A stretch of 63,055 bases of DNA, counting the filler, from Octopus bimaculoides (Eukaryota): assembly GCF_001194135.2 (NCBI RefSeq). It is 4 parts of 3 records of this genome, joined end to end, with 100 filler letters (N's around TTAATTAATTAA, not from the genome) between each part and the next. Parts side by side here need not be neighbours in the genome. Positions count along the whole stretch, not along the records: positions 23,394 to 45,766 come from NC_068988.1; positions 45,867 to 61,528 come from NC_068987.1; 2 more parts are not named here. The stretch is one strand, 5' to 3'. Of the stretch, positions 38,130 through 51,092 are shown one piece after another. Within the stretch, counting starts at the first letter, position 1. Each line of letters starts with the position of its first letter. The position numbers and the translations under genes were made by a program. The notes under the pieces are model-generated. The model saw only the letters and a list, made by a program, of their open reading frames with translations. It searched no databases and had not been told where the DNA came from.

Positions 38130-38330
38130 ATAAAACGAGAAAAAACAACGCGAGGACGTAGTACATGCAAAGTATTAATAAGACGCCCAGGGAAGGAAAG
38201 AAAATGTGTTTTACGTTTCAAGGAAAGCTCTTCTTCAGAAACAGGAGACAGAGGAAAGTTCAAGAGAAAAGGAAGACGGAAGAAAAAAAATCGCCCACAA
38301 TCTACCTGTAGCTACATACATATTTGTATA
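38130..38330 (-). mobile_element. Short repeat with minimal hammerhead (pLTR-like)
   Basis: Minus strand tgttt-CTGAAGA-agagctttcctt-GAA-ACGT-A-aaaca at 38243-38207. Confidence 0.55.
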
Positions 38331-38451
38331 TTAAAAAATAGGGTAAAAAATCATATATTAATTAATTAATATCGATTAATTACCAGGAAGCTAGCACATT
38401 TAAAGAATCAAAGAGATTCAGAAACAGTATCTGCAATCTCAGGGGATTAAA

Positions 38452-39657
38452 GTACATTTTTATATATAACGTTGCCCACTAACGTGGACATTCAATGTGC
38501 TAGAAATAGATCACATCTTGTGTCTATTAAGACCTAAATTGTTCTCAACATGAAATATAGCGGAATACCAAAACGTAAGCGGGCAAGACATCTAAAATCA
38601 CCGAAAAAAATCATTATTAAACAGGGACCGGTTTCAAAATTAACAATCTTACCGACTGTCTATTTCTCTTCAGCCTGATTTGTAATGTAACCATAATCTT
38701 CAGAACCCTATACAAAGTTGCCCACCGCCATAGNNNNNNNNNNNNNNNNNNNNNNNNNNNNNNNNNNNNNNNNNNNNNNNNNNNNNNNNNNNNNNNNNNN
38801 NNNNNNNNNNNNNNNNNNNNNNNNNNNNNNNNNNNNNNNNNNNNNNNNNNNNNNNNNNNNNNNNNNNNNNNNNNNNNNNNNNNNNNNNNNNNNNNNNNNN
38901 NNNNNNNNNNNNNNNNNNNNNNNNNNNNNNNNNNNNNNNNNNNNNNNNNNNNNNNNNNNNNNNNNNNNNNNNNNNNNNNNNNNNNNNNNNNNNNNNNNNN
39001 NNNNNNNNNNNNNNNNNNNNNNNNNNNNNNNNNNNNNNNNNNNNNNNNNNNNNNNNNNNNNNNNNNNNNNNNNNNNNNNNNNNNNNNNNNNNNNNNNNNN
39101 NNNNNNNNNNNNNNNNNNNNNNNNNNNNNNNNNNNNNNNNNNNNNNNNNNNNNNNNNNNNNNNNNNNNNNNNNNNNNNNNNNNNNNNNNNNNNNNNNNNN
39201 NNNNNNNNNNNNNNNNNNNNNNNNNNNNNNNNNNNNNNNNNNNNNNNNNNNNNNNNNNNNNNNNNNNNNNNNNNNNNNNNNNNNNNNNNNNNNNNNNNNN
39301 NNNNNNNNNNNNNNNNNNNNNNNNNNNNNNNNNNNNNNNNNNNNNNNNNNNNNNNNNNNNNNNNNNNNNNNNNNNNNNNNNNNNNNNNNNNNNNNNNNNN
39401 NNNNNNNNNNNNNNNNNNNNNNNNNNNNNNNNNNNNNNNNNNNNNNNNNNNNNNNNNNNNNNNNNNNNNNNNNNNNNNNNNNNNNNNNNNNNNNNNNNNN
39501 NNNNNNNNNNNNNNNNNNNNNNNNNNNNNNNTACGTTTTGGTATTCCGCTATATTTCATGTTGAGAACAATTTAGGTCTTAATAGACACAAGATGTGATC
39601 TATTTCTAGCACATTGAATGTCCACGTTAGTGGTCAACGTTATATATAAAAATGTAC
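38452..39657. mobile_element. Young TIR element of about 1.2 kb (at least 126-bp TIRs), centre in an N gap
   Basis: 38452-38577 equals the reverse complement of 39532-39657 except for one base; both ends read gTAc. Confidence 0.8.
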
Positions 39658-39664
39658 ATACTTG

Positions 39665-39714
<50 letters not shown>

Positions 39715-39741
<27 letters not shown>

Positions 39742-39875
39742 ATGTTTATACGATAGGGCTTTAGTCGGTCTGGGGGTACAATAAAAGACCTGCGCAAGAT
39801 GCTGCTCAACAAGGCTGAACCCGAAATCACGTGGTTGCAAAATTAGCTTCTTTACCACACAGCCATTGCCTGCGC
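39715..39875 (-). mobile_element. SINE family A 5' half, diverged
   Basis: taccacacagccattgcctgcgcct is the reverse complement of the family A head. Confidence 0.75.
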
Positions 39876-40569
39876 CTACAAAGATAAGATATAATTTGAA
39901 AGTGATTTGGCTGCTATTTCTAGCATGTCGAGCGAGTTCGTAGACGCTCCCACTTTTTACCCGAGGTGATTGTGAAATAGCATTTTGTTTAGTTGCTCGT
40001 TTGAAGTAGCGTGATGGAATCTAGTCGTTGGATGGATAGTAAACAAATTGCAGATGTAAAAATGGGCCTGTTTACCGTTGGTCTTGAGTTATTATTATTT
40101 GTTGAGATAGTTGAAGTTTTAAAGATAAGACACGCAGCTGCTGCTGGAGGAGGAGGAGGAGGAGGAAGAGGATTACAGAATAGACCTGTTGTTTGAAAAA
40201 AAAACGATAAAAAGAGGAAATAAATAGAAAATGAAAACAGGAAACTGGCAATGGTCATGATGTTGTTTAACCTCAGGTAATGTTCCGAATTGGCTGAGTG
40301 GCTAGGAAGTTAGAAAGGACATCAGATGGTATTTCTTCCGACTACCAACAAACTGAGTTCAATTCCAGCAGACGTTAACATTAAGCTCCCCAGCCTTTTT
40401 CCCCCGCTTTATCCCTCCAGATGGAAATAGGTGAGGGTCCGTAGAAAGACAGAGTTTCCTCACACTTCAGACGGCGGTTCCTCACTCAGAGGTGGCTTAT
40501 AACGATTAGTCCCAACGCCCCGACCCCATTCTCTCGGACTTTGGCGTACTCTTAGTTCCTAATAGACAT

Positions 40570-40745
40570 TTACTCCACTACTTCGGAGTTTACGTCCCCG
40601 TAACTTAACGGTTCAGCAAAAAAAAAAAAACGATAGAATAAGTACTAGGCTTACAAAGAATATGTTCTGGAGTCGATTTGCTCGACTAAAGGCGATGCTC
40701 TAGCATGGCCGCAGTCAAAATGACTGAAATAGATGAAAAATAAAA
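40570..40745 (+). mobile_element. SINE family A 3' half
   Basis: tttacgtccccgtaacttaacggttcagc...gatagaataagtactaggcttacaaag...agcatggccgcagtcaaa. Confidence 0.85.
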
Positions 40746-41308
40746 GAATATTTAATTATAAAAATATTATTTTTTTTTAGCATCAAACGGCCATAGAGTA
40801 CAATAGGAATCAAATGGGTCCACAGGTAAAAAAAGGGTTAAGAACACTGCTTTAATGTTAGCCCTACTTATTTGATATTTTATTATATTATGCACGAAAG
40901 GGTAAAAAGCTTTATACTTGGGCGGATTTTGAACTCGGAACATAAAGGTCATAATTTACTGCAAACTATTTGGAACCGACGTTTTGCTAATCTATGCTCA
41001 ACCTGTTAGAAATAAGCGTCAGCTGTCCCTCAGATCACACTCTTCTGTCAAAACATGCACACGTACACACAGCCATACACATGCATACACACACGCATGC
41101 ACACACACATACACCCACATACACACACACACACGTAATTAAATTTATCCAATATACTAGCATTTAATAAAGAGCGGGATGAACACAGTAGAAAATCTGG
41201 AGCTCATCATCATCATCACCATCATCATCATCAGCAGCAGCAGCAACAACAACAACAACAACTCCAACGTCGGAAAGAGACTTATTTAAAAATACTATTT
41301 ACTATATA

Positions 41309-41688
41309 GGCGCAGGAGTGGTAAGTAGCTTGCTTACCAACCACATGGTCCCTGGTTCAGTCCCACTACGTGGCACCTTGAGCAAGTGTCTTCTACTATA
41401 GCCGCGGGCCGACCAAAGCCTTGTGAGTGGATTGGGTAGACGGAAACTGGAAGAAGCCCGTCGTATATATGTATATATATATATATATATATATNNNNNN
41501 NNNNNNNNNNNNNNNNNNNNNNNNNNNNNNNNNNNNNNNNNNNNNNNNNNNNNNNNNNNNNNNNNNNNNNNNNNNNNNNNNNNNNNNNNNNNNNNNNNNN
41601 NNNNNNNNNNNNNNNNNNNNNNNNNNNNNNNNNNNNNNNNNNNNNNNNNNNNNNNNNNNNNNNNNNNNNNNNNNNNNNNNNNNNNNNN

Positions 41689-41720
<32 letters not shown>

Positions 41721-41928
41721 GTGTGTCTGTTTGTCCCCCCAGCATCGCTTGACAACCGATGCTGGTGTGTTTGCGTCTCCGTAACTTAGCGGTTCGGCAA
41801 AAGAGACCGATAGAATAAGTACTAGGCTTACAAAGAATAAACTCTGGGGTCGATTTGCTCGACTATAAAAGCGGTGCTACAGCATGGTCGCAGTCAAATG
41901 ACTGAAACAAGTAAAAGAGTAAAGAGAG
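41309..41928 (+). mobile_element. SINE family A, full length with expanded internal microsatellite
   Basis: ggcgcaggagtggtaagtagcttgcttaccaaccacatgg...; 3' end gactgaaacaagtaaaagagtaaagagag. Confidence 0.9.
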
Positions 41929-42470
41929 CATACTTTAGATATAAAATTTCATGTTAAGACTAATTCACACGTGAGATTAATAACTTGAGAGAGAGAGAGA
42001 GAGAGAGTGAGAGAGTAAATCGTTTACTCAATAAAGCAACAATATACAAAAGAATTCTGTTGAACAACAGGCGCCGTCTGACGTAACAGCCCGCCAAAAT
42101 GACTGTTAGCATATTGGCGGGAAATTGACTTGTTGTATAAGAGCAACCACGTGCCGTCAGGCTGCAAGCACATGCTCTCCAACACATGATTCTGACGGGG
42201 CAGAAATTGTAAATAACAAGACACACTTAGTAAAGCAATTACCATGAAACAGCAGATTAAGTTCATCCTATTTTGCATAATCTGTTTAACCCCGACACAC
42301 ACGCACGCACTCACGCACGCACTCACGCACTCACTCACGCACGCACACACACACACACAAACACACAAACACACACACACAAACATGCGTGAACACACCC
42401 ATTCACACCTAACAAACAGCTGCTAGTAGTAGTAGTTGTAGTAGTAGTAGTAGTAATGGTGGTGGTGGTG

Positions 42471-42512
<42 letters not shown>

Positions 42513-44577
42513 CACAACCTAGTAAACTAGGAAACGGATCACTATTGATTTTCAGCGATTTTCATTGGCTGAGTATTCCGTCCACAACCAGTGACTGACT
42601 TATATGTGTACCTTTATAGCTAGTCTCAAAGAACAACAACGTTTCACTATGCCAGGTATTCGCTGTCTTCTTCGAATTACAGGTGCACTACTACTAATAC
42701 TACTACGACGACGACGACGACCACCACCACCACCACCAACACCGCCACCAGCAGTACCAAGAACGACGACTATTACAACTACTACTGCAAACACACATGA
42801 TCACTTACCTTTCGACCTATTTACATCACCAACACGCGCACAAGCACGCGCACAAGCACACACAAACACACACACACACACACGCACACGCACACANNNN
42901 NNNNNNNNNNNNNNNNNNNNNNNNNNNNNNNNNNNNNNNNNNNNNNNNNNNNNNNNNNNNNNNNNNNNNNNNNNNNNNNNNNNNNNNNNNNNNNNNNNNN
43001 NNNNNNNNNNNNNNNNNNNNNNNNNNNNNNNNNNNNNNNNNNNNNNNNNNNNNNNNNNNNNNNNNNNNNNNNNNNNNNNNNNNNNNNNNNNNNNNNNNNN
43101 NNNNNNNNNNNNNNNNNNNNNNNNNNNNNNNNNNNNNNNNNNNNNNNNNNNNNNNNNNNNNNNNNNNNNNNNNNNNNNNNNNNNNNNNNNNNNNNNNNNN
43201 NNNNNNNNNNNNACTGGTTTCAATTCTTGGTTAAGGTTGATTCGTTTCGGTAACGCTCTAGAGCAGCAACCAAAACATAGAAAATAACTTAAATCTTTAT
43301 GTATCTATTTATTACACTGTGTGACACGATTTTCGTCCTTGGTTAACAAATGTTATTTCCTGTTTGCTTACCTCTAGAAAGTATCAAAAATGGCTAATAT
43401 TTCCTTCAAACTTTGCTTTTGTTTCATTTATTCAAACCCCAAAGAATCCTTCACAACACATGGCTATGATTCCCGCTCCCACTACTCCTGCTCACGATCA
43501 GAAATGCACATGTTGACAGCCACGAAGGAACTTGCTCAAGTGGTTAAGGTTAAGCAACAGGCAACAAATCTATGGTATTGAGCAGAATATTTGTTATAAC
43601 GGTATTTCTGCTTCAGCAATTCAGCACTGAATCTGTCTGCAAAATGGTGGAAAATAGGCCAGTTTCAAAACATCGATGTCCAGGTGACAAAAACAAAGTT
43701 TGAAGGGAATAGTAGTCATTTCCTTTGATATCTAGATTGAAGCAAATGGAAAATAACACTTGTTGTTGGAGCGTCGTTGGAGCATCAGAAAAAAACCGCT
43801 ATGACGTATTTGTTCTAGCTCCATACATTCTAAGTTCAAAGCTCTCCGAGATCAACTTAGCCTTTCATCTTTTCGGATAACAATAAAATACCAGTCAAGT
43901 CCTGGAGTGGATGGTATCGACAAAACTTTCTCTCAAAATTGCTGGCCTTGTGTCTAAATAAAAATCTATCACGGCTGATGTCATGACAGAATCAAAAATG
44001 CATTGGAATAAATGCCTTGCAGTATTTCTTTGGCTCCTTACTTTCTGTAGTCAAGAAACGCTGATGTCAAACCCCACTTTATATTTTTGGCGTCGATAAA
44101 ACAAGGTATTAGTCAAATACTGGCTCGATATAATCGACTTGCCCTTCCCCTTAAAATTGCTAGACTTGTGCCTAAATTAGAAAGAATTATGAGATTTTTT
44201 TTTTCTTGTTTCAGGATCGGTAGAGCGTCGAAGAAAATACTTTACGGAATTTGTTCCAGGTCCTTAATATCTGAGCCCGAATCCCACCGAAATTAATTTA
44301 CCTTTCATCCTTTTGCGGTCGATGAAATGTATCAGTCAAGTACTGAGGCCAATGATATCGACTAAACCCCCCTCTCTTTCAACTCGCTGGCTTTATTCCT
44401 AAATTAGAAGCAATTATTATTGTTATTATTCAAGTTCCATTTTGAAAGGGAGATGAAGGTGGAGAGGGAAGTGCTCTCCTCCAGTGAGTGCATCAAAATA
44501 TATAGTCAGTACAAACGTATTGGTAGTAAAATTTGCAAATTCTGATCTCGGACAATACTGTCATTTCTTGATACAAA

Positions 44578-44612
<35 letters not shown>

Positions 44613-44670
44613 AACCTCTCTGATTATTTGCACATGTAATTTTGCATGATATGCCAAACGTATTAACATA

Positions 44671-44770
44671 TTTTATGCCAGTAATATTACTTTCCTTTTC
44701 CTCATCAAAACATATCTGGTGTTGCCACCCATACTTCTCGGAAAAGGAAAATAATATTACTGGCATAAAA
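44671..44770. repeat. Hairpin with 31-bp arms (1 mismatch) and 38-nt loop
   Basis: ttttatgccagtaatattactttccttttcc / ggaaaaggaaaataatattactggcataaaa. Confidence 0.9.
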
Positions 44771-44888
44771 TTCGTCCCCCACTTTTATCAAGATAGCGAG
44801 CAATTTGGTGGTCCACTTATTTTGCTTGCTCACCAGGTAACATGGTAAGTACCTCCCTAGACAATCATCTAGGGATCTAGTGCGAAGG

Positions 44889-44942
<54 letters not shown>

Positions 44943-45087
44943 GTCTGTCTGTCTATCTGTCTGTCTGTCTGTCTATCTGTCTGTCTGTCTATCAGCCTGT
45001 CTGTCTGTCTAGCTATCTGTCTGTCTGCTTCTCGTTTTCTTTCTTTCTCCCCCTCTCTGTGCTTTAGTCTAACTATATTTCTATTTC

Positions 45088-45149
<62 letters not shown>

Positions 45150-45231
45150 AGTCAGTCAGTCTGTCTGTCTGTCAGTGTGTCTGTATGTCTGTATGTCTGT
45201 ACGTCTGTCTGTTTTTCTGTCTCTCTGTCCG

Positions 45232-45281
<50 letters not shown>

Positions 45282-46189
45282 CGTCGGTCTGTCAGTCTGC
45301 CTGTCGATATGTATACCGATAACATATGGCTGCATATATACATATATGCACAAAGGCCTGTGTAAAACATTCCTATCTACATACATAAATACATACATAT
45401 ATACGTACATACATAGATACATACATACATACATACATACATGCACGAACATTCATATACGAAAAAACATGCAGTAGAATATACATATCTATGCACGTGT
45501 GCATACATTCACATTATTATATAAACGCACGCAGAAACTTTAACATAACGGCTTAAACAATCTTAAAAACTCCCACTCTCTCATCATCTCTTCCCCTTCT
45601 CTCCCACCCTGAAGAATACAAAAGAGAAAAACGTGCGCGCGCTTGTGTGAGTGTGTGTGTGTGTGTGTGTGTGAGTGTGTGTGTGTGTGTGTGTGCATGC
45701 GTGCGTGTGTATGTGTGTGTGCACGCGCGTACTGTTTGTGCGTATGTATATATATATATATATATANNNNNNNNNNNNNNNNNNNNNNNNNNNNNNNNNN
45801 NNNNNNNNNNTTAATTAATTAANNNNNNNNNNNNNNNNNNNNNNNNNNNNNNNNNNNNNNNNNNNNATATATATGCGTGTATGTATATACACAAACACAT
45901 ATATGTGTGTTTGAATGTATGTGCATGCGCATAAAGAAAGCCCAATCTGTCCCATCACACAGTCATAGCATTGACAGTGCAGCCACTAAAAGCTACTCTC
46001 ATATCTTTTTCATATATATAATGGTTACGGTTTTGCGATTGTGATTTCAATTTCTAGACCTGGAGATGCTTTGTGTACTTGAGCAAAATGTTTCATCTCA
46101 TGTAGCCTTGCAATCACTTCGAAAAGGGATGCGTGGCACACAATGCACCTGTTTAGACATCGTCGATTTGATGGAGAGAGTGAGCTAGT

Positions 46190-46362
46190 GTGTGGCACGA
46201 ACATTTGCTCACTATGAACAAATAATTTGTGCAGGTCGTTCTTCAAAAGCTGAAGATCCATACGTCACCGAAATTTTGGAAAAAACAACCTTTTCCAAAA
46301 TTCCGGCGACCATTTTTCTTCAATATTTAATATCTGTACACCACACCCACCACACACGTACA

Positions 46363-46433
<71 letters not shown>

Positions 46434-47815
46434 GTATATATATATGTATATGATGGACTCTTATCTCTCTTCTAATGAGGACTTATTCAATAAACAAACA
46501 GATCAATACAATAAGGAAGTGAAAAGTGCAGGTTACGAAAGTAATATTAAATATGTCCCATGAAATAATATAATGACTATTCACAATATTGATAACACGA
46601 ATAGCAATAATAAAGAATATAGCAATACACCTAAATTAATTAATAAAGCAGAGAAACCTTTAGTCCCCAACACTAACAAGAATAGAAATCGCAACACCAA
46701 AAAAATACAGTAATTATGGCAATAAAAATAATAATAAAACGATGAGAACGAAATCAAGAATGAATGATGCCAATAGTATCACTAATCACGATGGCAACAA
46801 CTCAAAACATTATAAGTAGAAACCTAGTGGTAGTGCATAGCACAGATAATAAGATGTTTAATACAAATAAGCATAACCATAGCATTCATTACTCGAAGAG
46901 CAATAAAATTGCGTCGCACAGTGAGATTGCTGGAAAAACGAAAGATATTAATTGGCTTATATTCCCATATGCAATGAAATTAAAACGAACTTAGCTAAAT
47001 CTATATTTAAAATTATAAATTTACACTTTGATAAGTATAGCAGGTATTCGGAAATTATTAATAGTAAAATAATAAAGATAGGTTACAGTCTTACACATAA
47101 CTTAGCTAGCATCATTTCCCCCCCTAAATAATAAAACACTAGACATTTTTATTGCTGCTCGAATAATAATTAAAGATACAAAGGTATTTAGCTATAATCT
47201 GTCAGTTTGAAGATAGAAATGACAATAATATCAGTAACAATATTAACCATAGTAATAAAAAATTAGCCCCCCCCCCATAACTACCCAAATCTAGTAATGA
47301 TAATACCAACAACTATAATAACTCTATCGATTATAATACACCTCACACCAACCCAACAGTAAGTAATTCTCCCCCACAGCACAACCTATGTGACTTCGGG
47401 AATAAAGATAATTGCACCCTTGAAAATATATTCAAAAGGAAAGATGTAATTTACCAATGCACAGTCACAACACAGTTTAGTAAACGGAGATATATGGGAG
47501 GTACCCAAAATGAAATGAAACGAAGATTAGCCGCACACCAACACACTTTCAGAAATAGAAATAAGATTAACTCGATCGGATTAAGAAAAATATATTTGGA
47601 AGCTTAAAGATAAAGTTATTAGATTTGTTTTAGAATGGAAATTTCTCACCTTCGCACCTTCGTACAATGTAAAATATAAGAAATGGCATTTGTGCATCAA
47701 TGAAAAATTCTTCATACTAGAGGCCCCACTCCCATTGCATAACTTGATGGAAGAAAGAAATAAAGCTTGCCTGCACAAATGTAAATTTACCTTTTCTAGA
47801 TATAAATACTATTAG
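46190..47815 (+). mobile_element. Penelope-like element fossil (RT thumb plus GIY-YIG), interrupted by a (CA)n(TA)n microsatellite
   Basis: YLSSNEDLFNKQ..YNKEVKSAGY, IKTNLAKSIFKIINLHF..IKIGYSLTHNLASII, VIYQCTV..RYMGGTQNEMKRRLAAHQHTF..YIWKLKD..LEWK..LCINEKFFIL. Confidence 0.85.
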
Positions 47816-49599
47816 GGACCCTATTTCTATCATCCCCACTAATAGCACCCAGAGCTCTCCACCATAGAAATAACAGAATTCGATACTAAATGATGGCATA
47901 TATTACCTTCCAATTAAAGCTAGTTTAATAGACTTACATACCTAGGCCTATTATACCTACACTAAACCTATCCAAGTTTAAAATTTCTCCCCCTTCACAC
48001 ATTAACTAAATTATATAATATATTATATTAATTTAGCATTCCTCAATATAGCCTTCTCACCCCTTTTAATCATATGATACCAGTTCTCTTAACTCTTAAC
48101 TTAATTTAGACAATAGAGTGCACAAAAGTCCATTCCCGTACCATTACCTCCACCTAAATGGAACCTTGACCTGCCACCTTAATGAAATATTTTGGCTTTA
48201 TTTGCAACTAACTTTACTTTTCTATACAATTTGATGGCTTGTTTCACTTACTTTAATTTCATTTTGGAACTAATTTCGGTCAGCATGGGACTACTTCCGT
48301 TTATTGGAGACCCCTATTTGTTTTAATCATTTCAATAACCGACCACACCCGTATAACGAAAATTTAACGCTTTAATATTAACTTCTCACCACTTAGTTTG
48401 TATTTGCTTGTGCTTTGTATTGCAGTTTGCGCTTTTCTACGAACTATTATTGTTGTTAAGTGTATTAATACATGCATAGAAGTAAAATTGTGAAAGCTCC
48501 CATATCGATGGACCCAAGCATGGGTTGATATAATGATGATGATTATGATAATAATATAATATATATTGAGTATGATTGAACAAACTGTTGGACGAGCCTG
48601 CATCTGTAACAATAATAATAATTAGAAAGAAATTAAATTGCAATCATTTAATTAATTTAGGGATGTGTATTTATACTTATTCATATGACTACTAGGCTGC
48701 ATGGATTAGGGAATGTGTAGCCAGCTAACTCTTTGATTGACTAGTCAGCTCACTGCTTAGGTACTATGGATATTAGACTTTGTATTATAATCTCCCAATT
48801 TAGGTCACTTCCTAGTCATTACCTCCCCTTAACCGTAGTTATCATCTTTATCATCCTCCCGAATTCTTTTTCTACGGAATTAATTCCTCTAATTGTCTAC
48901 TAATTTGTAATGTGATAGAGGTAAGCGTACAGATTACAAAGGGAAAAGAGAGAAAGAAAATGAAAACAGGGAGGAAACAAACACAAAGAAAATGAACAAA
49001 TGGGGTCAATAAAAGATGAGAAATCGATGGAAACTGCTTAACAATGACAAATACTGATGTGCTGGGGTATGTGTGTGAGAAAGCATGTGTATGTGACAGT
49101 GTGAAAGGGACATAGGCGAGAGAAGAGATGGTGTGTGAAGGTGTGCAGGATAGTGGTAGATAGTGGTAGATGTGAAGGTTTGCAGGATAGTGGGAGAGAC
49201 ATGCTTAAGCTAGAACAATTGTGTTGTGTAGAGTGTATATGGGTGAGTGTGAAAGAAGAACCGTTTCTGGAGAGGAGATGGCTGGAAATGATTATATGTG
49301 TGAAGCTATATGGTCTATATTCTGATATCTTAGTGCAGGTGTCTCTCAATATCGCGATGTATTTGGGCATGTGTATGTCAACGTGCTAGTGTAAGTGGGT
49401 ATGTCAAGTAAAGAGGGTTGTAGCAGAGATAAGGGGTTGCATATGGGTATATGAGAGATGTGTGCGAACGTGGAAACGGTGTTGGTGTATTTGATGTGAT
49501 TTGAGTGATTATAACGTTGGTGCGGGATGAGATGCAATACTAGAGTTAGGGTTTGAGTGTGACTCAAGTGCCTGGGAACGAGTGTGAAAGAGAGGGAAA

Positions 49600-49860
49600 G
49601 AGTCAAAGTTAAAGTGGTATAGTGATAGAGCAGAGGTAATTAAAATGCAAGAATTGAGGTGGATTATTCTGATCGGAATATGTAAAAGCTTGGAGTGAGT
49701 ACTGGGTTCCCCATGTAGTTGCTACGCTGAAGGCGCTGGCTGGTATGGTCGACAGATCGGAAATGTCGAATGATAGATGAAGAGTTGCCGATTCAGATAT
49801 CTCTGTGATGCTCCATGCAGCTGTCAATCTGTCGTCAGCCATTAACACCATATTATACCG
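49600..49860 (-). mobile_element. Penelope-like GIY-YIG C-terminal fragment
   Basis: RQIDSCMEHHRDI*IGNSSSIIRHFRSVDH resembles the PLE DRFxEHxxDI..SxVARHF..H motif; a long C/T/A-rich tail follows toward 49020. Confidence 0.55.
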
Positions 49861-50422
49861 CAATTTATACTGATAAACAAAGTGATTTTTCTTCTCTTAC
49901 GTGATATGCTTCAGTTATAATAAACTAAAGAAACAACAACAATAACGCATATTCCAAAGAGTAGGATCTAGAAAATTGAATCACTCGGTGGGCATATATT
50001 AAACATTAGTAGCGTTAAACGAATTTAGCTGATAAGATGATTTCACAATTTTATCCGAAATTCTCCCAATGGGGCCTTGTGCATAAAGAGCCATTAGCAA
50101 ATTAATTGCGAGCTAATATACCTAATTTAATTACTGAAAATAATTATTAATCGATACTTTGTTTGTAACGCTTTGTGTACGTATCTCAGGTGAAACAGAA
50201 ACATGTCTAGAGTCGCAACCTTAACTAACAAATACCAGATTCGTTTAACCCTCTTATTTCCATTTGGATTTATTTCCATTTGGTTTTAAGTCAATTGACA
50301 TTTTGATGCTCTTCTACTAAACGTTATGAAATGAATATGTATTAACGCTTAGTATGAGATGCATCAATGAAGGGAATTGCACAGCTGTTTGGTAAGCCTA
50401 AACACCAAAAGTATACAAAGAT

Positions 50423-51092
50423 GGGATCTTTTTTAAAACGGGGGCCACATTTTTCATTAACGAAACATTTTGAAACTTGGAACACTGGTAGAACGTGTCA
50501 TATAAAACATCTTTTTCTCTTAGTCTTCTTTAAAAAAAAAAGAAATCCATAAATTATTCCATGTTAAAGTTGTCGTATTTCTGTAATTTCAACCAATCAC
50601 TGACGTCCATTCAGCCGATATACATTAAGTGCCGACTACATAAACAAACGATTCTGAAACAATTAACCCTAACCCTAACCCTAACTCTAACCCGAACCCT
50701 AACCCTAGGGTTAGGGTTAGGGTTAAAGCAAATTTAAAATGAAAAAAGCANNNNNNNNNNNNNNNNNNNNNNNNNNNNNNNNNNNNNNNNNNNNNNNNNN
50801 NNNNNNNNNNNNNNNNNNNNNNNNNNNNNNNNNNNNNNNNNNNNNNNNNNNNNNNNNNNNNNNNNNNNNNNTCAGCCAAGGAGTAAATGTAAACAACTGA
50901 ATACTTGTCAGTGATTGGTTGAAATTATCGAAATATGACAATTTTTTACATGAAATAAATTCGAATACAAAAATGTTTTTCTGTTCTATAACACAAAATA
51001 GATAAGTATACGAAGTTTGAAAGTCTTTCGATACCAAAAACACTACGTAAAACATTAATGAAAAATGTGGCCCCCGTTTTAAAAAAGATCCC
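50423..51092 (-). mobile_element. MITE (same family as 2899-3864, opposite orientation)
   Basis: Perfect 38-bp TIR gggatcttttttaaaacgggggccacatttttcattaa (50423-50460 / 51055-51092), flanking 6-bp direct repeat aaagat, internal telomere-type repeats 50664-50725. Confidence 0.92.

Noticed and set aside
50025-50075. ctgataa-gatga...ttatc-cgaaa hammerhead-like motif (similar traces near 14215, 18450, 48860 and 56450)
   Set aside because: The core is broken and stems I and III cannot be drawn; too degenerate to claim.
50664-50725. Telomere-telomere fusion scar
   Set aside because: The repeat order is opposite to a fusion junction and the repeats lie inside a MITE.
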